64,000 nt of DNA from Candidatus Kerfeldbacteria bacterium (GCA_016182555.1 JACPGJ010000003.1:10920-74919), one strand, 5' to 3'. Positions 47,682 to 57,986 are shown, numbered from the stretch's first letter. Numbers and translations are program-made. The notes: generated by a model from the letters alone, not told the origin.

Positions 47682-48749
47682 ATGAATCGTATGAACAAAC
47701 GATCGTTGTTCACCACAATTAGCGCAGGACTGTTGACCTTTGCGCTGCTGGTGCTTCCACACAACAGTTTTGCTTTGACCGCAGAACTGGTCAGCATTAC
47801 TCCGGAACCACAACAGGACATTTCTGACATGATGACTGGTGCGCCAGATGGAGTTTCGGTATTTGCATGGCTAACAGAAACAGATACGGAATACACAGCC
47901 GTTTTTTCTGTTGATGAAGAGCCGGCAGTGATCATTACTCCCGGCGGAGATATTGCTCCGGATAATCGCTGGAGCTATGATGAAGAGGGCGGAACAGTGA
48001 CCGTACCGTTTACAGCAACAGGATTAAAACAAACGAGTGATGGACCAGACAACGCCGCTATTGTTGCGCTTGTTGCAGCTGTTGAACCAGGAGAAGATGG
48101 CCCTCCGGAAGAAATGACCGGCTGTTGGTTGTCGACCAATGTGCAGGATTGGGAATTAATTCCTCCGTCAGAAGATAATGTTGCGTTTGGGTTTTCATTA
48201 ACTGGCCCGGAAGGGGAAACCGGTTTTTTCCACATGTTTATGCCTGATTCAATGGTGGATTTCATGAGTGAAATGAGCGGGGAAGAGTTAACCGTAGAAG
48301 ATTTAGCGGTGTTTAATGGAGACAATCAGTCTTCCATGAGCATTACTCCAGTAGACGGCGGCGCCATGATTGATATTAATGTGAAATTTCTTTCCACAGC
48401 AATCAGTGCAACATCAGAAGATGACGATGGCAGCATCACAAAAGAGATTACGGTTCGCGAGCAGCTGCCTATTAGTTTGGCGGCCAATAAAACAGAGTTG
48501 AAAAACGGCAAACAGGCTCAACTCTTTGGTTGGCTTAAAAACGGGAAGAAGAATAAGCGTGTTGAAATTTGGCGAAAAAAAGATGGAGAATCAGCATTTA
48601 CCAAATGGAAAAACGTTAGAACAAAAAAGAACGGAAAATTTACTCATACATTCATTCCGAGAAACACCGCCATCTATAAAGTGAAATATCGTTCTGATGG
48701 TTCCACGATGACGAGCGAAAATCAGACCATCACTGTGGAGAATGCATAA
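47682..48749 (+). CDS. Hypothetical secreted protein (signal peptide)
   Basis: MNRMNKRSLFTTISAGLLTFALLVLPHNSFA is signal-peptide-like. The mature protein is acidic and Thr/Glu-rich. The start among the 47652/47682/47691 ATGs is uncertain. Confidence 0.5.
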   Translation: MNRMNKRSLFTTISAGLLTFALLVLPHNSFALTAELVSITPEPQQDISDMMTGAPDGVSVFAWLTETDTEYTAVFSVDEEPAVIITPGGDIAPDNRWSYDEEGGTVTVPFTATGLKQTSDGPDNAAIVALVAAVEPGEDGPPEEMTGCWLSTNVQDWELIPPSEDNVAFGFSLTGPEGETGFFHMFMPDSMVDFMSEMSGEELTVEDLAVFNGDNQSSMSITPVDGGAMIDINVKFLSTAISATSEDDDGSITKEITVREQLPISLAANKTELKNGKQAQLFGWLKNGKKNKRVEIWRKKDGESAFTKWKNVRTKKNGKFTHTFIPRNTAIYKVKYRSDGSTMTSENQTITVENA

Positions 48750-48787
48750 CTCAATCCCAGAGGGAGTACGCCGCCGAGATTGAGTTA
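48747..48787. terminator. Bidirectional terminator-like hairpin between convergent genes
   Basis: taactcaatc-(21-nt loop)-gattgagtta gives a 10-bp perfect stem starting at the stop codon of the upstream gene. There is no clear U-tract. Confidence 0.4.
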
Positions 48788-48808
48788 TAGAATTATCGTA
48801 TATTGCAG

Positions 48809-49135
48809 TCAATCGATATCGTTGCGCAATGGATTTATTGGTGGGTTCGTACGAATTTTTTTCCCGGTATCTATTTTTTCTTGATGAAATTTCACAACAG
48901 ATTCATATTCGCTGAATAGAATATTTGAACTGGAGCTCGTGGTTTGTGTGGCGAGTGTATTCCGTTCATGTTGGGCAATAATTGGTAAGTAGAAATACCA
49001 GTAGAAAAATAGCATAAAAAGAGAAAAAAGCAGAACCGCAAATATTTCAAACACCAACAATAAACGTAGAGTGAAAAATCGTTTAACTATAGTGATGAAT
49101 GGAGGGTGGGGTGTTTTTATCATAATTGTTCCCAA
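48809..49135 (-). CDS. Small membrane protein at the distal end of the pilMNO operon (PilP-position; hypothetical)
   Basis: 108 aa. One strong TM segment (LLLVFEIFAVLLFSLFMLFFYWYFYL). Overlaps the PilO-like gene by 16 nt. Confidence 0.4.
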   Translation of the reverse strand: MGTIMIKTPHPPFITIVKRFFTLRLLLVFEIFAVLLFSLFMLFFYWYFYLPIIAQHERNTLATQTTSSSSNILFSEYESVVKFHQEKIDTGKKIRTNPPINPLRNDID

Positions 49136-49668
49136 TAGGTGAGGGTATCAATAGTCATCTGCGTGGTGTGTGTAATGGAATCTTCTGAAATATTAATAGA
49201 GCGTGGGTTAATATAAAAATCAAACTCTTCTATACGGCCAAAGAAACGCATAAGGTTTTCCCATGAACCACGTGCTGTAATGGTTGCGGGAATGATCACG
49301 ATGCCGTTTTTGATTGATTGTTTATCATGGAATAACTCCATTTGTTCGGTGACCGTATATGCTGTTGCTGTATTTTCCAATGATTCAATAAATTCGATAA
49401 TATGGTCTTGTGTTACGAGGCTATGAGAAAGCATAGAGGTATCATCAATCTGCGCATATTCTGCTTGTTGTTGCTGAGCTCCTTCTTGAACTTGTTCTGC
49501 CATATATTCTCGTTGTTGATGAGTACGGAGTTCTTGGTTATCGAGTACAAGCTGCTGAGCGAGTGGAATACCCAGAAGCAAAATAATAGCCATACACAAC
49601 ACCAAGGGCAGAGCCATGTCGATGTGGTAACGATGGTATAATGTGGCAATATTATTCATAGGCTTCAT
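49120..49668 (-). CDS. pilO: Type IV pilus assembly protein PilO-like
   Basis: 182 aa. N-terminal TM (ALPLVLCMAIILLLGIPLA), then coiled-coil and soluble domain. Gene order is pilM-pilN-this gene. Confidence 0.55.
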   Translation of the reverse strand: MKPMNNIATLYHRYHIDMALPLVLCMAIILLLGIPLAQQLVLDNQELRTHQQREYMAEQVQEGAQQQQAEYAQIDDTSMLSHSLVTQDHIIEFIESLENTATAYTVTEQMELFHDKQSIKNGIVIIPATITARGSWENLMRFFGRIEEFDFYINPRSINISEDSITHTTQMTIDTLTYWEQL

Positions 49669-50212
49669 AATGAAATGCGGCTGGTATAAATGTCATCGCT
49701 ATGGTAAACGGAATATCTTTTGGTGCCGTTAATGCGTCGAAGGGAAATTGAGTAATAACAAATCGATTATCTTGTTCAATTTTTTGCTGCATGGCTTGTA
49801 GGTCTGTGCGCTCTGCAGCAATACCATCAATGATGAGTGTTGTTTTTTCTGCGTCAATATCTATGGAATGAATGGACACTCCTTCCGGAAGCAACGTAGA
49901 AATTTCTTGCAGTAATCCAAGATAGTTTGAGTGGTCTTTTTGAATAAGTCGTAATTGTTGGATCCGCGTATTGATATATTGAATATCAAGTCCATCATTT
50001 TGCGTAGAGGTGGTGTTTGCATGTGTCATTAATGCTGGGGCGGCAGATGCAGAAAGCACTTGTTGCAAGGAAAAATGCAATACGGCGAGTGTGCCACAAA
50101 TAGAGATGAGTACAATATTCACTAATACCATACCAACGATAAGCTGCTGCTTCATTACCCATTGGCGAGTGCTTTTTTGTTTCTCTTTTGGAAGTAAATT
50201 AAAATCGTACAT
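49652..50212 (-). CDS. pilN: Type IV pilus assembly protein PilN
   Basis: The N-terminal MYDFNLLPKEKQ contains the PilN INLLP-type motif, followed by a single TM helix. 186 aa. Confidence 0.7.
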   Translation of the reverse strand: MYDFNLLPKEKQKSTRQWVMKQQLIVGMVLVNIVLISICGTLAVLHFSLQQVLSASAAPALMTHANTTSTQNDGLDIQYINTRIQQLRLIQKDHSNYLGLLQEISTLLPEGVSIHSIDIDAEKTTLIIDGIAAERTDLQAMQQKIEQDNRFVITQFPFDALTAPKDIPFTIAMTFIPAAFHYEAYE

Positions 50213-50217
50213 AGTCG

Positions 50218-51213
50218 TTAGAAAAGAGTAGTGGTGCGTATTGCCAGCCCAATGGCGGTACCATACGATAATAGTTCTGATTGTAGCGTATCAGGAATGA
50301 CTATAGGTTCGGCCATTTTTGCTTGTTGAACAGGATAGTGAATATATTCTTCCAGGTATTGTCGAATATGGTCAATTTTTGAACCACCGCCGATGAGATA
50401 GACAACATATTGGGGTGCTTCTTGTTCAGCGGTGTGTTCTTGATGAAAGTGAATCACTCGTTTTAATTCATTGCTTAATAATGTGGTGTGTTCTTGAATA
50501 ACCGCGTGAATTCGTGTATCTTCTTGCTTCGTCATTTTCATTTTTTCTGCTTCAGCTTCAGACACGTTCAACGTTTTTGCTATTGCTTCTGTGAGCATTT
50601 TACCAGAAATAAATTTGGATGTGTGCGTAAAATCTATTCGACCATGAGTCACCACAAGGATTGTGGTATGATTTCGTCCAATATCTGCTAATACAATGGT
50701 TTCTGGTATTTTCTCTCGGGGAATAAATAATCGTGCGATGGCTTGAGATTCAATTTCCAGCGCGCCTACATGAAGGCCAGCAGCTTCCACGGATTCAGCA
50801 TAGGACATGGCAATATCCGTTTTTACGGCAGCAAAACTGAGCGTGTGGTCGTCACGTACCGTATCAATAGTGACTTCTGTTTCCGGAAAGGGAAGATGTT
50901 TTTGAATTTCTTTTTCAATGGGCTCATCTTGCAGGTGAATAGTTTTTATAAATCCATGATATTCCGGTAAGCTGACAACGGCTATTGTGCGATGACGACG
51001 GATATGCGTGGTCGAAAGGAGATTGGTAATCGTTTTTATAACGGCATCTTGGTTATGAATAATGCCATTCACCATCATGCCATCTGGCAGCAACTGTTGT
51101 CCAAAATGTGTTACCCGTTTTTTCTTTCCCTGTTGTTGCACGCCAACAATACGAATAACATGATCGCTCATATCCACACCAACACTGTTCAGTTTTTGAT
51201 TACCGATGAACAT
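50218..51213 (-). CDS. pilM: Type IV pilus assembly protein PilM (actin/FtsA-like ATPase fold)
   Basis: 331 aa. N-terminal VGVDMSDHVIRIVGV. C-terminal YVVYLIGGGSKI (adenosine-binding Gly motif). Located upstream of pilN. Confidence 0.7.
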   Translation of the reverse strand: MFIGNQKLNSVGVDMSDHVIRIVGVQQQGKKKRVTHFGQQLLPDGMMVNGIIHNQDAVIKTITNLLSTTHIRRHRTIAVVSLPEYHGFIKTIHLQDEPIEKEIQKHLPFPETEVTIDTVRDDHTLSFAAVKTDIAMSYAESVEAAGLHVGALEIESQAIARLFIPREKIPETIVLADIGRNHTTILVVTHGRIDFTHTSKFISGKMLTEAIAKTLNVSEAEAEKMKMTKQEDTRIHAVIQEHTTLLSNELKRVIHFHQEHTAEQEAPQYVVYLIGGGSKIDHIRQYLEEYIHYPVQQAKMAEPIVIPDTLQSELLSYGTAIGLAIRTTTLF

Positions 51214-51216
51214 AAT

Positions 51217-52629
51217 TTATTCTTGATTGCGTTCTAATTCTTCCCAGGAAATGAAGGAGTATTCATTTTCTGTGGGAAAATAGGGTGGTGGATTATAGGT
51301 TAAATTTGGGTCATATTTCGTATCGGTGTAGTTGTATCCACTCGTTACTGGTCCGGTGTCTGAAGAAACCCAGCTCCATGTCCAAAAACCATTAGAAATA
51401 ATGGAACCATAGATTTTTATTGTATCACGAAGGGCATAGGTTTTGTAGGGATCTTTTTTGGATTGGGAATAATAGTATCGCATCACGTGTCCATTGATAG
51501 CAAGTATTGCGCCATTTAAATCTAACGTATCATCAGAACGTAGCGGAATGAGCACATCGTCTTGGGCGATCACACCTAGTTCATCTGCACCATCATGGCC
51601 AGTGTAGTTGAGTGAATTTGGAATATAGATATCTGCCCATGGGTAAGAACCATCTGGTAACCGTGCAGCGACCACCGTTGCATGGCCGGTGACTACGCCG
51701 GATACCCACGTGTCATCTTCTAAGAAAATTAACCCATTTGATGGAAGGGGAATGTTCGTATATCCAGATAATGCGGTCCATGTTTTTTTATCGTTGGCCA
51801 CGGTGATCCAACTCGTTCCATCATAGGCATTGACCGCTGGGTAGACCGTTGTGACACTGGAAATGGTTAGCGTACCTTTATTATGGAATTCAAGAAAATA
51901 TCCATAGCTTCCCGAGTCACCTAAATAGATGCCGCCCGCTATTGCTTCATTTTTGAGATTTTCTAAATCAACCGAAAAAGAATGAAAATCAACGGTTTGT
52001 ACAGGATATTTCCAGAATTTTGGATTTTCCCCACTGCCCCACACACCAGGTTTTACTTCATTTGTACAGCCCTGTTCCGGCCCACAAATATAACTCTCTA
52101 CGGCAGATGTGACTAGCGAATCGCTGATTCCATCCATGCGAATACCACCATTGGAATGGATTTTCCCTTTAATTTTTTCTGTACTACCGAACCACACATT
52201 GCTATTTGTGAGAAAAGCGTATTCGGTGAGTGATTGTTTTCCATAGCGAACACGTATGCGACTTTCCACATTTGGTGATTCTTGAGGCGAACCTGCAGAG
52301 GTGATGACCGCAGTCGTTTGCCCGCTGGTTGGTGCTTCTACAGTTAATGTATACGTGCCAAATACGCCACCGTATGGGTCGGTATAATGATGTGTTCCCG
52401 TATCTGTCGTGAAATCTTCGGGGTCATGCGCTAAATGCCAACGGTAATAATTCGTTCCGGCTTCTGCAATACTTGTTCCTTGGGCGCGATAGACTTCATA
52501 CGCTACGGCTTTGTGTTGCACCATAATAAAGCTCAGTGTTGCACCGAACATGATTAAAAAGAGTGAAGAAAAGAAGAGTGTCATGAGCAAGGCGGAGCCA
52601 GAGGGGGAATGGGTGGGTCGTTTGCGCAT
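51217..52629 (-). CDS. Large minor-pilin-like protein with a degenerate PilX_N-type N-terminus
   Basis: N-terminal GSALLMTLFFSSLFLIMFGATLSFIMV resembles the PilX N-terminal hydrophobic segment. 470 aa, Thr/Gly-rich beta domain. Confidence 0.45.
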   Translation of the reverse strand: MRKRPTHSPSGSALLMTLFFSSLFLIMFGATLSFIMVQHKAVAYEVYRAQGTSIAEAGTNYYRWHLAHDPEDFTTDTGTHHYTDPYGGVFGTYTLTVEAPTSGQTTAVITSAGSPQESPNVESRIRVRYGKQSLTEYAFLTNSNVWFGSTEKIKGKIHSNGGIRMDGISDSLVTSAVESYICGPEQGCTNEVKPGVWGSGENPKFWKYPVQTVDFHSFSVDLENLKNEAIAGGIYLGDSGSYGYFLEFHNKGTLTISSVTTVYPAVNAYDGTSWITVANDKKTWTALSGYTNIPLPSNGLIFLEDDTWVSGVVTGHATVVAARLPDGSYPWADIYIPNSLNYTGHDGADELGVIAQDDVLIPLRSDDTLDLNGAILAINGHVMRYYYSQSKKDPYKTYALRDTIKIYGSIISNGFWTWSWVSSDTGPVTSGYNYTDTKYDPNLTYNPPPYFPTENEYSFISWEELERNQE

Positions 52630-52633
52630 ATCG

Positions 52634-53239
52634 TTAGAAATTTTCTTTCAAATTACGAAGCATCACCATGGCTTCTAATTCGCGAGTGTCAGGAACGCGA
52701 TTGGGGTCCACGTTGGTGAGTACACGAATTTCCACTAAACGAATTTCTGATATATTCGTTGGTTCAGCCAACGGGTTGGTGGATGTATCTGCCGGATAAT
52801 TTTGATTATAATAGGTAAACACCGGATCAGATCCATTTTGAATGTAGTGTGAAATCGTTGTGACGGTTTCGTTCTCGGGCAAATATTCCAGCGGGTCACC
52901 GCTTGGCTCGATGATTCCGCGTTGAATATTCGTTCCTTCTAAGAAGTACCGTACCCGTTCAGTTTCATTATCTTTGTCTACATCGCTGTAAAAAATAATT
53001 TCTTGTTCCGTCGCATCTTCGATAGGATATGCACCGGTGTCCGCGGGCACGGTTTCACGTAATTCACTCACCATGGTTTTTAATGCTTTACGGGATTCGG
53101 CAATGGCATCATTTTGTTCGCTGACAAAGCGTTGAATATTTAAACCGGTCACCAAGAAATGTGCCGCCATGACAGAAAGCATCGCTATAATAGCGGTCAC
53201 CACCATCATTTCTATAATAGTAAATCCGTCCTTGTTCAT
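52634..53239 (-). CDS. Type IV pilin (prepilin with class III signal peptide)
   Basis: MNKDG/FTIIEMMVVTAIIAMLSVMA. Gly at -1, Phe at +1, Glu at +5, and a hydrophobic alpha1 helix. 201 aa. Confidence 0.75.
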   Translation of the reverse strand: MNKDGFTIIEMMVVTAIIAMLSVMAAHFLVTGLNIQRFVSEQNDAIAESRKALKTMVSELRETVPADTGAYPIEDATEQEIIFYSDVDKDNETERVRYFLEGTNIQRGIIEPSGDPLEYLPENETVTTISHYIQNGSDPVFTYYNQNYPADTSTNPLAEPTNISEIRLVEIRVLTNVDPNRVPDTRELEAMVMLRNLKENF

Positions 53240-54558
53240 GGGGTGAGGGTGATAAGTAATGTGGCATCTCCACTGATATCAATACTGTCGCTAAAACTCA
53301 TAAATCCGTCTGCGCTTACATCGATTGTGAATGTACCCGAGATGAGGGGAGTGAAAAATGTTTGACCAGAGTCATTGGTTGTTTGAGTGAGATCAATGCT
53401 TCCATCTGCGTTCCAGAGGTGCGCCGTTGCACCCGCTAAAGGAATAGTATTACTGTCTTCGATCGTGAGGAGGAGTGTGTCTGAGGCATCGGGTGCGGTA
53501 AGAATAGTCATTGTTACCGTAGAGTCTGGCGGCAACACATACGGAAGATGCGGCGTGCTACCGGCAAAATCATACGTGCCATCAGAGAGTGTTGCGGTGT
53601 ATGTATCAAACTCAATATCACTGTATACGATGTCGCCCGTGCCATTTGTGGTGTTCGTACGGTCAAATTTGGAAATATTATTGCCATCTAAATCTGTACC
53701 AATTCGTTTGTTTCCGGTGGTTCGGATTGAGGCATTGGTATTTGCTTGGTGAGAAATATAATCTTCAACATGCAAAGAGAGATCACTCACTGCATCAATC
53801 GTAAAGGTAGCGGTGGTCACCTCTGATTCAACTACCGTGAGATGAGCTGGGTCGGGGTGGGGATTGGTTTCTGCGTCGACACCATAGGTTTGCGCTGAAG
53901 AATAGCCTGTTTTTGAAATGGTTATTTGATAGGCTTGTACGGAAGGATCAGCGCCAGGAAGGAGAAATTGGCCATTACTATCTGTAGCGGAAGTAAAAGA
54001 AATAGCCGGGTCGACTTCAGTATTCACCACCTGAACTGTGGCATTCGGAATCGGTTCTGCATTTGCGTTATAGACCTCTACCCACATTGTTCCGCCGCCG
54101 GTATCTGTTTCAACTCCTTCCGGAGCAATATTGGTAATGAGAATCACCGGTTTTTGAACGACTTGTTTATTCCAACGCACCTCCACCCGAATTTTTTTAT
54201 AATCGGTATTTACGGTATCAGTCGGCGCAACATCATCAAATGCATCATCGATATAACGAATATCGGTTTCCACGGTAAAGGTGTTATTATTGCGAATAGT
54301 CGTCGTGGTTTGTTCAATCGCTCCTTCCGGAATGCCGCCCACCACTCCGATATCTTCATAGGGCAAGTTTTTAATCGTTTCTAGTTGTGCCTGCGCAATA
54401 CTCACCGCATCTAACCGAGCGGAATCATCACGCAATACGCGAATACCAAGTTGAATCAATGTATAGAGTGCGCTGGTTACTAAAGCAAAAATGGCAATCG
54501 CGATGATGGTTTCCAACAACGTATTACCCGCTGATTTGTTTTGTTGTTTTTTTATCAT
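53236..54558 (-). CDS. Large pseudopilin/minor pilin with a prepilin-type N-terminus
   Basis: SAG/NTLLETIIAIAIFALVTSALYTL (Glu at +5). C-terminal beta-rich domain of about 400 aa. Confidence 0.6.
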   Translation of the reverse strand: MIKKQQNKSAGNTLLETIIAIAIFALVTSALYTLIQLGIRVLRDDSARLDAVSIAQAQLETIKNLPYEDIGVVGGIPEGAIEQTTTTIRNNNTFTVETDIRYIDDAFDDVAPTDTVNTDYKKIRVEVRWNKQVVQKPVILITNIAPEGVETDTGGGTMWVEVYNANAEPIPNATVQVVNTEVDPAISFTSATDSNGQFLLPGADPSVQAYQITISKTGYSSAQTYGVDAETNPHPDPAHLTVVESEVTTATFTIDAVSDLSLHVEDYISHQANTNASIRTTGNKRIGTDLDGNNISKFDRTNTTNGTGDIVYSDIEFDTYTATLSDGTYDFAGSTPHLPYVLPPDSTVTMTILTAPDASDTLLLTIEDSNTIPLAGATAHLWNADGSIDLTQTTNDSGQTFFTPLISGTFTIDVSADGFMSFSDSIDISGDATLLITLTP

Positions 54559-54581
54559 TGGCTCGTCATGATGAAGGCCCT

Positions 54582-55715
54582 TTATATCACATTCACTAAA
54601 TTATACATGGGCCAGAGCACCGCGACCGCGATTAACCCAACAGCCACACCAAGAGAGAGCATCAACAATGGTTCAATCAGCACAGAAAGCCCATCCATAG
54701 CTGTGGATACTTCTTCTTCAAAATGTTCGGCAATTTCTTTTGTCATTTCTTCTAATGAACCGCTAGCTTCTGCAACGATAATCATTTCAACAACGGTAGC
54801 AGGGAAGAGTTGTGGATTTTGCCCAATGGCTGCTCCAATTGACACGCCGCGTTCTAATTGAGGGATGATGGTGCGCAAGAATTCTTGGTACGCACGGTTG
54901 CCAAGCGTTTTAGTAATAATCGTGAATGTTTCAATAATGGGGATATCGGTACTAATCAAGGAATGAAAAACCCGGCTAAATCGTGCGACGTTAAATTCAC
55001 GAATGAGTGTTCCGACAACGGGCATGCGCAGCAATAGCCGGTGCACTGCCAGTTGAATCGCCGCTTGTTTATAGAGCAGAATGATCAGCGTAATGAATGC
55101 GATCAACACACCTGCGGTGAGGATGCCGTGCCCAATAATAAAATCGCTTAGGGTAATCACTATTCGAGTGATGAGTGGCAATTGATAGGAGGCGTCAGCG
55201 TAGAGGGCAACAATTTTGGGAATGACAAAAATCATCATGCCCGTGCCAATGAAGAGCATGGCGATGAGAATAATTGTCGGATAGGCGAGAGCATTACGCA
55301 CTTTCAAGAAGAGAGAGTGTGATTTTTTCATTTGAATAGCCAATTCATTCAGGGTGAGTTCCAATTTTCCACTTAATTCACCGGCTTCAATCATATTAAT
55401 AAAGAGTGGGTCAAACACTTTTTCATATCGTCGTAAAGCAGTAGCAAACGAAACACCGGATTGCACATCCAGTGCGAGATGATCGACTACTTCTTTCAAG
55501 CGTTTGTTGGTCGTTTGTTTAGCAACCGTGATTAAGCCATTTGATAATGAAAAACCAGCTTTGACTAAAACGGCTAAGTTTTGTACGAAAAAAATTTTTT
55601 CCACAGCAGAAATATGAGCCAAGGTAAAGCGTGAATGTTTTTTTGGCACAGGGTTTTTTTTCTTTTGGGGTGTTGTTTTTTTTCCCACCACTTCTTTTGT
55701 TTCCTCCGCAGGCAT
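54582..55715 (-). CDS. pilC: Type IV pilus platform protein PilC (GspF family)
   Basis: Two T2SSF repeats (…FTLAHISAVEKIFFVQNLAVLVKAGFSL… and …RFSRVFHSLISTDIPIIETF…). 377 aa, 3 TM helices. Confidence 0.85.
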   Translation of the reverse strand: MPAEETKEVVGKKTTPQKKKNPVPKKHSRFTLAHISAVEKIFFVQNLAVLVKAGFSLSNGLITVAKQTTNKRLKEVVDHLALDVQSGVSFATALRRYEKVFDPLFINMIEAGELSGKLELTLNELAIQMKKSHSLFLKVRNALAYPTIILIAMLFIGTGMMIFVIPKIVALYADASYQLPLITRIVITLSDFIIGHGILTAGVLIAFITLIILLYKQAAIQLAVHRLLLRMPVVGTLIREFNVARFSRVFHSLISTDIPIIETFTIITKTLGNRAYQEFLRTIIPQLERGVSIGAAIGQNPQLFPATVVEMIIVAEASGSLEEMTKEIAEHFEEEVSTAMDGLSVLIEPLLMLSLGVAVGLIAVAVLWPMYNLVNVI

Positions 55716-55724
55716 AGTTGTTGA

Positions 55725-57479
55725 TTATTCTTTAGTCACACGTAAAATTTCTTCAATAGTGGTGAGCCCTTGCTTCGCTTTCAGAAATCCATCTTGCGCC
55801 ATAGTCATCATTCCTTGTTGCATGGCAATATTCAACAGTTCTTTCGGTGTGGCTTGGTCCAGAATACCTTTGCGTATTTCATCCGTAATTTCAAGAATTT
55901 CATAAATACCAATACGTCCAGCATATCCTCGGTTTCCGCATTCTGCGCATCCTTTTCCTTTATAAAAATTCATCTCTTCCATTTCCGTTTCACCTTCCAC
56001 GTGTTCAACAGATGTGACTGTTTCCAGAATATTTTTCAGTTGTAGTTGTTCTTCCATTTCTTTTACCAGCGAGCGTGTCATGGTGACGGTGAAGCGACAG
56101 TATTCACAAATTTTTCGAACGAGTCGTTGAGCGATAATGAGATTCGTGGTCGAGGCTACTAAATATCGGGGGACGCCCATTTCGGTTAAGCGCGGAATCG
56201 CACCGATCGCATCATTGGTATGTAGCGTGGATAACACTAAATGCCCGGTCATGGCGGCATGCGCAGCAATTTCGGCGGTTTCTCCATCGCGAATTTCACC
56301 CACCATAATAATATTGGGGTCTTGGCGCAACAGTGCGCGCAAGCCCGCTGCAAACGAAAATCCAATTTTTGGTGATATTTGCGCTTGGTTTACTCGCGGA
56401 ATGCGGTATTCAATCGGGTCTTCGACTGTGGAAATATTTACACTTGGCGTATTTAATATATTCAGCACGGAATAAAGCGTTGTTGTTTTCCCAGAACCCG
56501 TCGGGCCAGTGACCAGAAGAATGCCATGTGGTTTTCGAATATTGGCGGTGACAATAGCAATGCGTTCTTTTTGAATGCCGAGTTGTTCAAAAGTGAGTAC
56601 TTTGGCGGATTCATCGAGTAAACGCAATACCACTTTTTCTCCATCGTATACGGGGAAAATAGAAACACGAAACGCAATACGTTTATCGTCGACGGTTATT
56701 TTAAAACGTCCATCTTGTGGTAACCGATGTTCATCAATTTTTAAATTTGCCAATACTTTAATACGAGCAATTAGCGCTTGGTGAAGAATGCGTGGGAATT
56801 TCATGACATCCATCAGAATGCCATCAATACGATAGCGAATGATGACGTGGTTTTCCGTTGGTTCAATATGGATATCTGATGCGCCTTGATAGAGCGCATA
56901 ATTCAGTAATACATCAACGACTTTTACAATCGGAACATCCCGAGCAATACGATTTAATTCCGTTATTCCAGTAAAACTATCCAGCGCCAGGGGCGCGGCA
57001 GTTACCGATTGGAGTTCTTCTTCGAGTGTTTTGTGATATTGTCCAACGATATGTGCAATACTGGCTGAGTCCGTATAATAGACTTGTAATTCCATTCCTG
57101 TTCGTTTTTGAATGAAATCGAGTGTTTGAATATCATCCGGATCACGTGTGGCAACGATGAGCATTTGTTTATTTGCATCGCGCTCTACAATAACAATGTG
57201 GTGCGTTTGTACAATGGTTTCGGGCAATAAATCAATCAGTGATTTGTCAATTGTTTTGCTATTCAAATTGATATAGGGGACACCGAATCCTTCCGCAACG
57301 GTTTGATAGATTTGTTCAGGCTTTACTCCTTTTTTTCCAGCAATTTCTTCTTCAAGGTCGATGTGTTTGTGTTTGGCATCCAGCAGCATTTGTGCGACAT
57401 CATCGCTAGGAGTAAGTATTTTTTCGTGCGTGAGTATTTCTGTTATTTTTTCTGCGTGTTCCATGTCGATAGTATACAA
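55725..57479 (-). CDS. pilB: Type IV pilus assembly ATPase PilB (GspE family)
   Basis: Walker A LVTGPTGSGKTT, Asp box IIMVGEIRD, His box LVLSTLHTND, and a tetracysteine motif (CEYCRF…CAECGNRGY). 584 aa. Confidence 0.9.
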   Translation of the reverse strand: MYTIDMEHAEKITEILTHEKILTPSDDVAQMLLDAKHKHIDLEEEIAGKKGVKPEQIYQTVAEGFGVPYINLNSKTIDKSLIDLLPETIVQTHHIVIVERDANKQMLIVATRDPDDIQTLDFIQKRTGMELQVYYTDSASIAHIVGQYHKTLEEELQSVTAAPLALDSFTGITELNRIARDVPIVKVVDVLLNYALYQGASDIHIEPTENHVIIRYRIDGILMDVMKFPRILHQALIARIKVLANLKIDEHRLPQDGRFKITVDDKRIAFRVSIFPVYDGEKVVLRLLDESAKVLTFEQLGIQKERIAIVTANIRKPHGILLVTGPTGSGKTTTLYSVLNILNTPSVNISTVEDPIEYRIPRVNQAQISPKIGFSFAAGLRALLRQDPNIIMVGEIRDGETAEIAAHAAMTGHLVLSTLHTNDAIGAIPRLTEMGVPRYLVASTTNLIIAQRLVRKICEYCRFTVTMTRSLVKEMEEQLQLKNILETVTSVEHVEGETEMEEMNFYKGKGCAECGNRGYAGRIGIYEILEITDEIRKGILDQATPKELLNIAMQQGMMTMAQDGFLKAKQGLTTIEEILRVTKE

Positions 57480-57551
57480 TATTTATGAGTATCCTGCACA
57501 TTGCTTCAGGCTTTTTTCTATGCTACACTACAGCAGAGTCTATTCCTAATT

Positions 57552-57986
57552 ATGAGCATAAACACTTCCCCTGCAGAAGCGACAACAGTATCGGCAACAC
57601 AGCAAGTACCCGAGGCCGGTCAACCGCAAACAATGGTGCCACACAAGCCAGATCGGTTATTGTTTCTTTTTCTATTGGTTTCTATCCTGTTGTCTGCCGC
57701 GTCGTTTGGTTTGATATTGTGGAAAATTCCACCAACAGAAAATACTGTTTTTTTACATTACAACGTGTATTTCGGTGTCGATAGAACAGGAAATTGGAGA
57801 GATATATTTTGGCTTCCGGGTTCTGGTGCGGCAATGGTAGTGGTCAATGCGGCCTTGGTCTTATGGAGTAAACGAATGGATGCATTTATTCGTCGGTTAG
57901 TCCTTGCCTGTACCATGTTATTGCAGATCGTCGTATTCGTTGCTGCTGTGCTTTTGGTGTTATTAAATCATGCCTATGGATATTGA
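57552..57986 (+). CDS. Hypothetical membrane protein
   Basis: The start MSINTSPAEA at 57552 is preferred over the track start. Three TM helices. Overlaps mraY by 17 nt. Confidence 0.4.
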   Translation: MSINTSPAEATTVSATQQVPEAGQPQTMVPHKPDRLLFLFLLVSILLSAASFGLILWKIPPTENTVFLHYNVYFGVDRTGNWRDIFWLPGSGAAMVVVNAALVLWSKRMDAFIRRLVLACTMLLQIVVFVAAVLLVLLNHAYGY

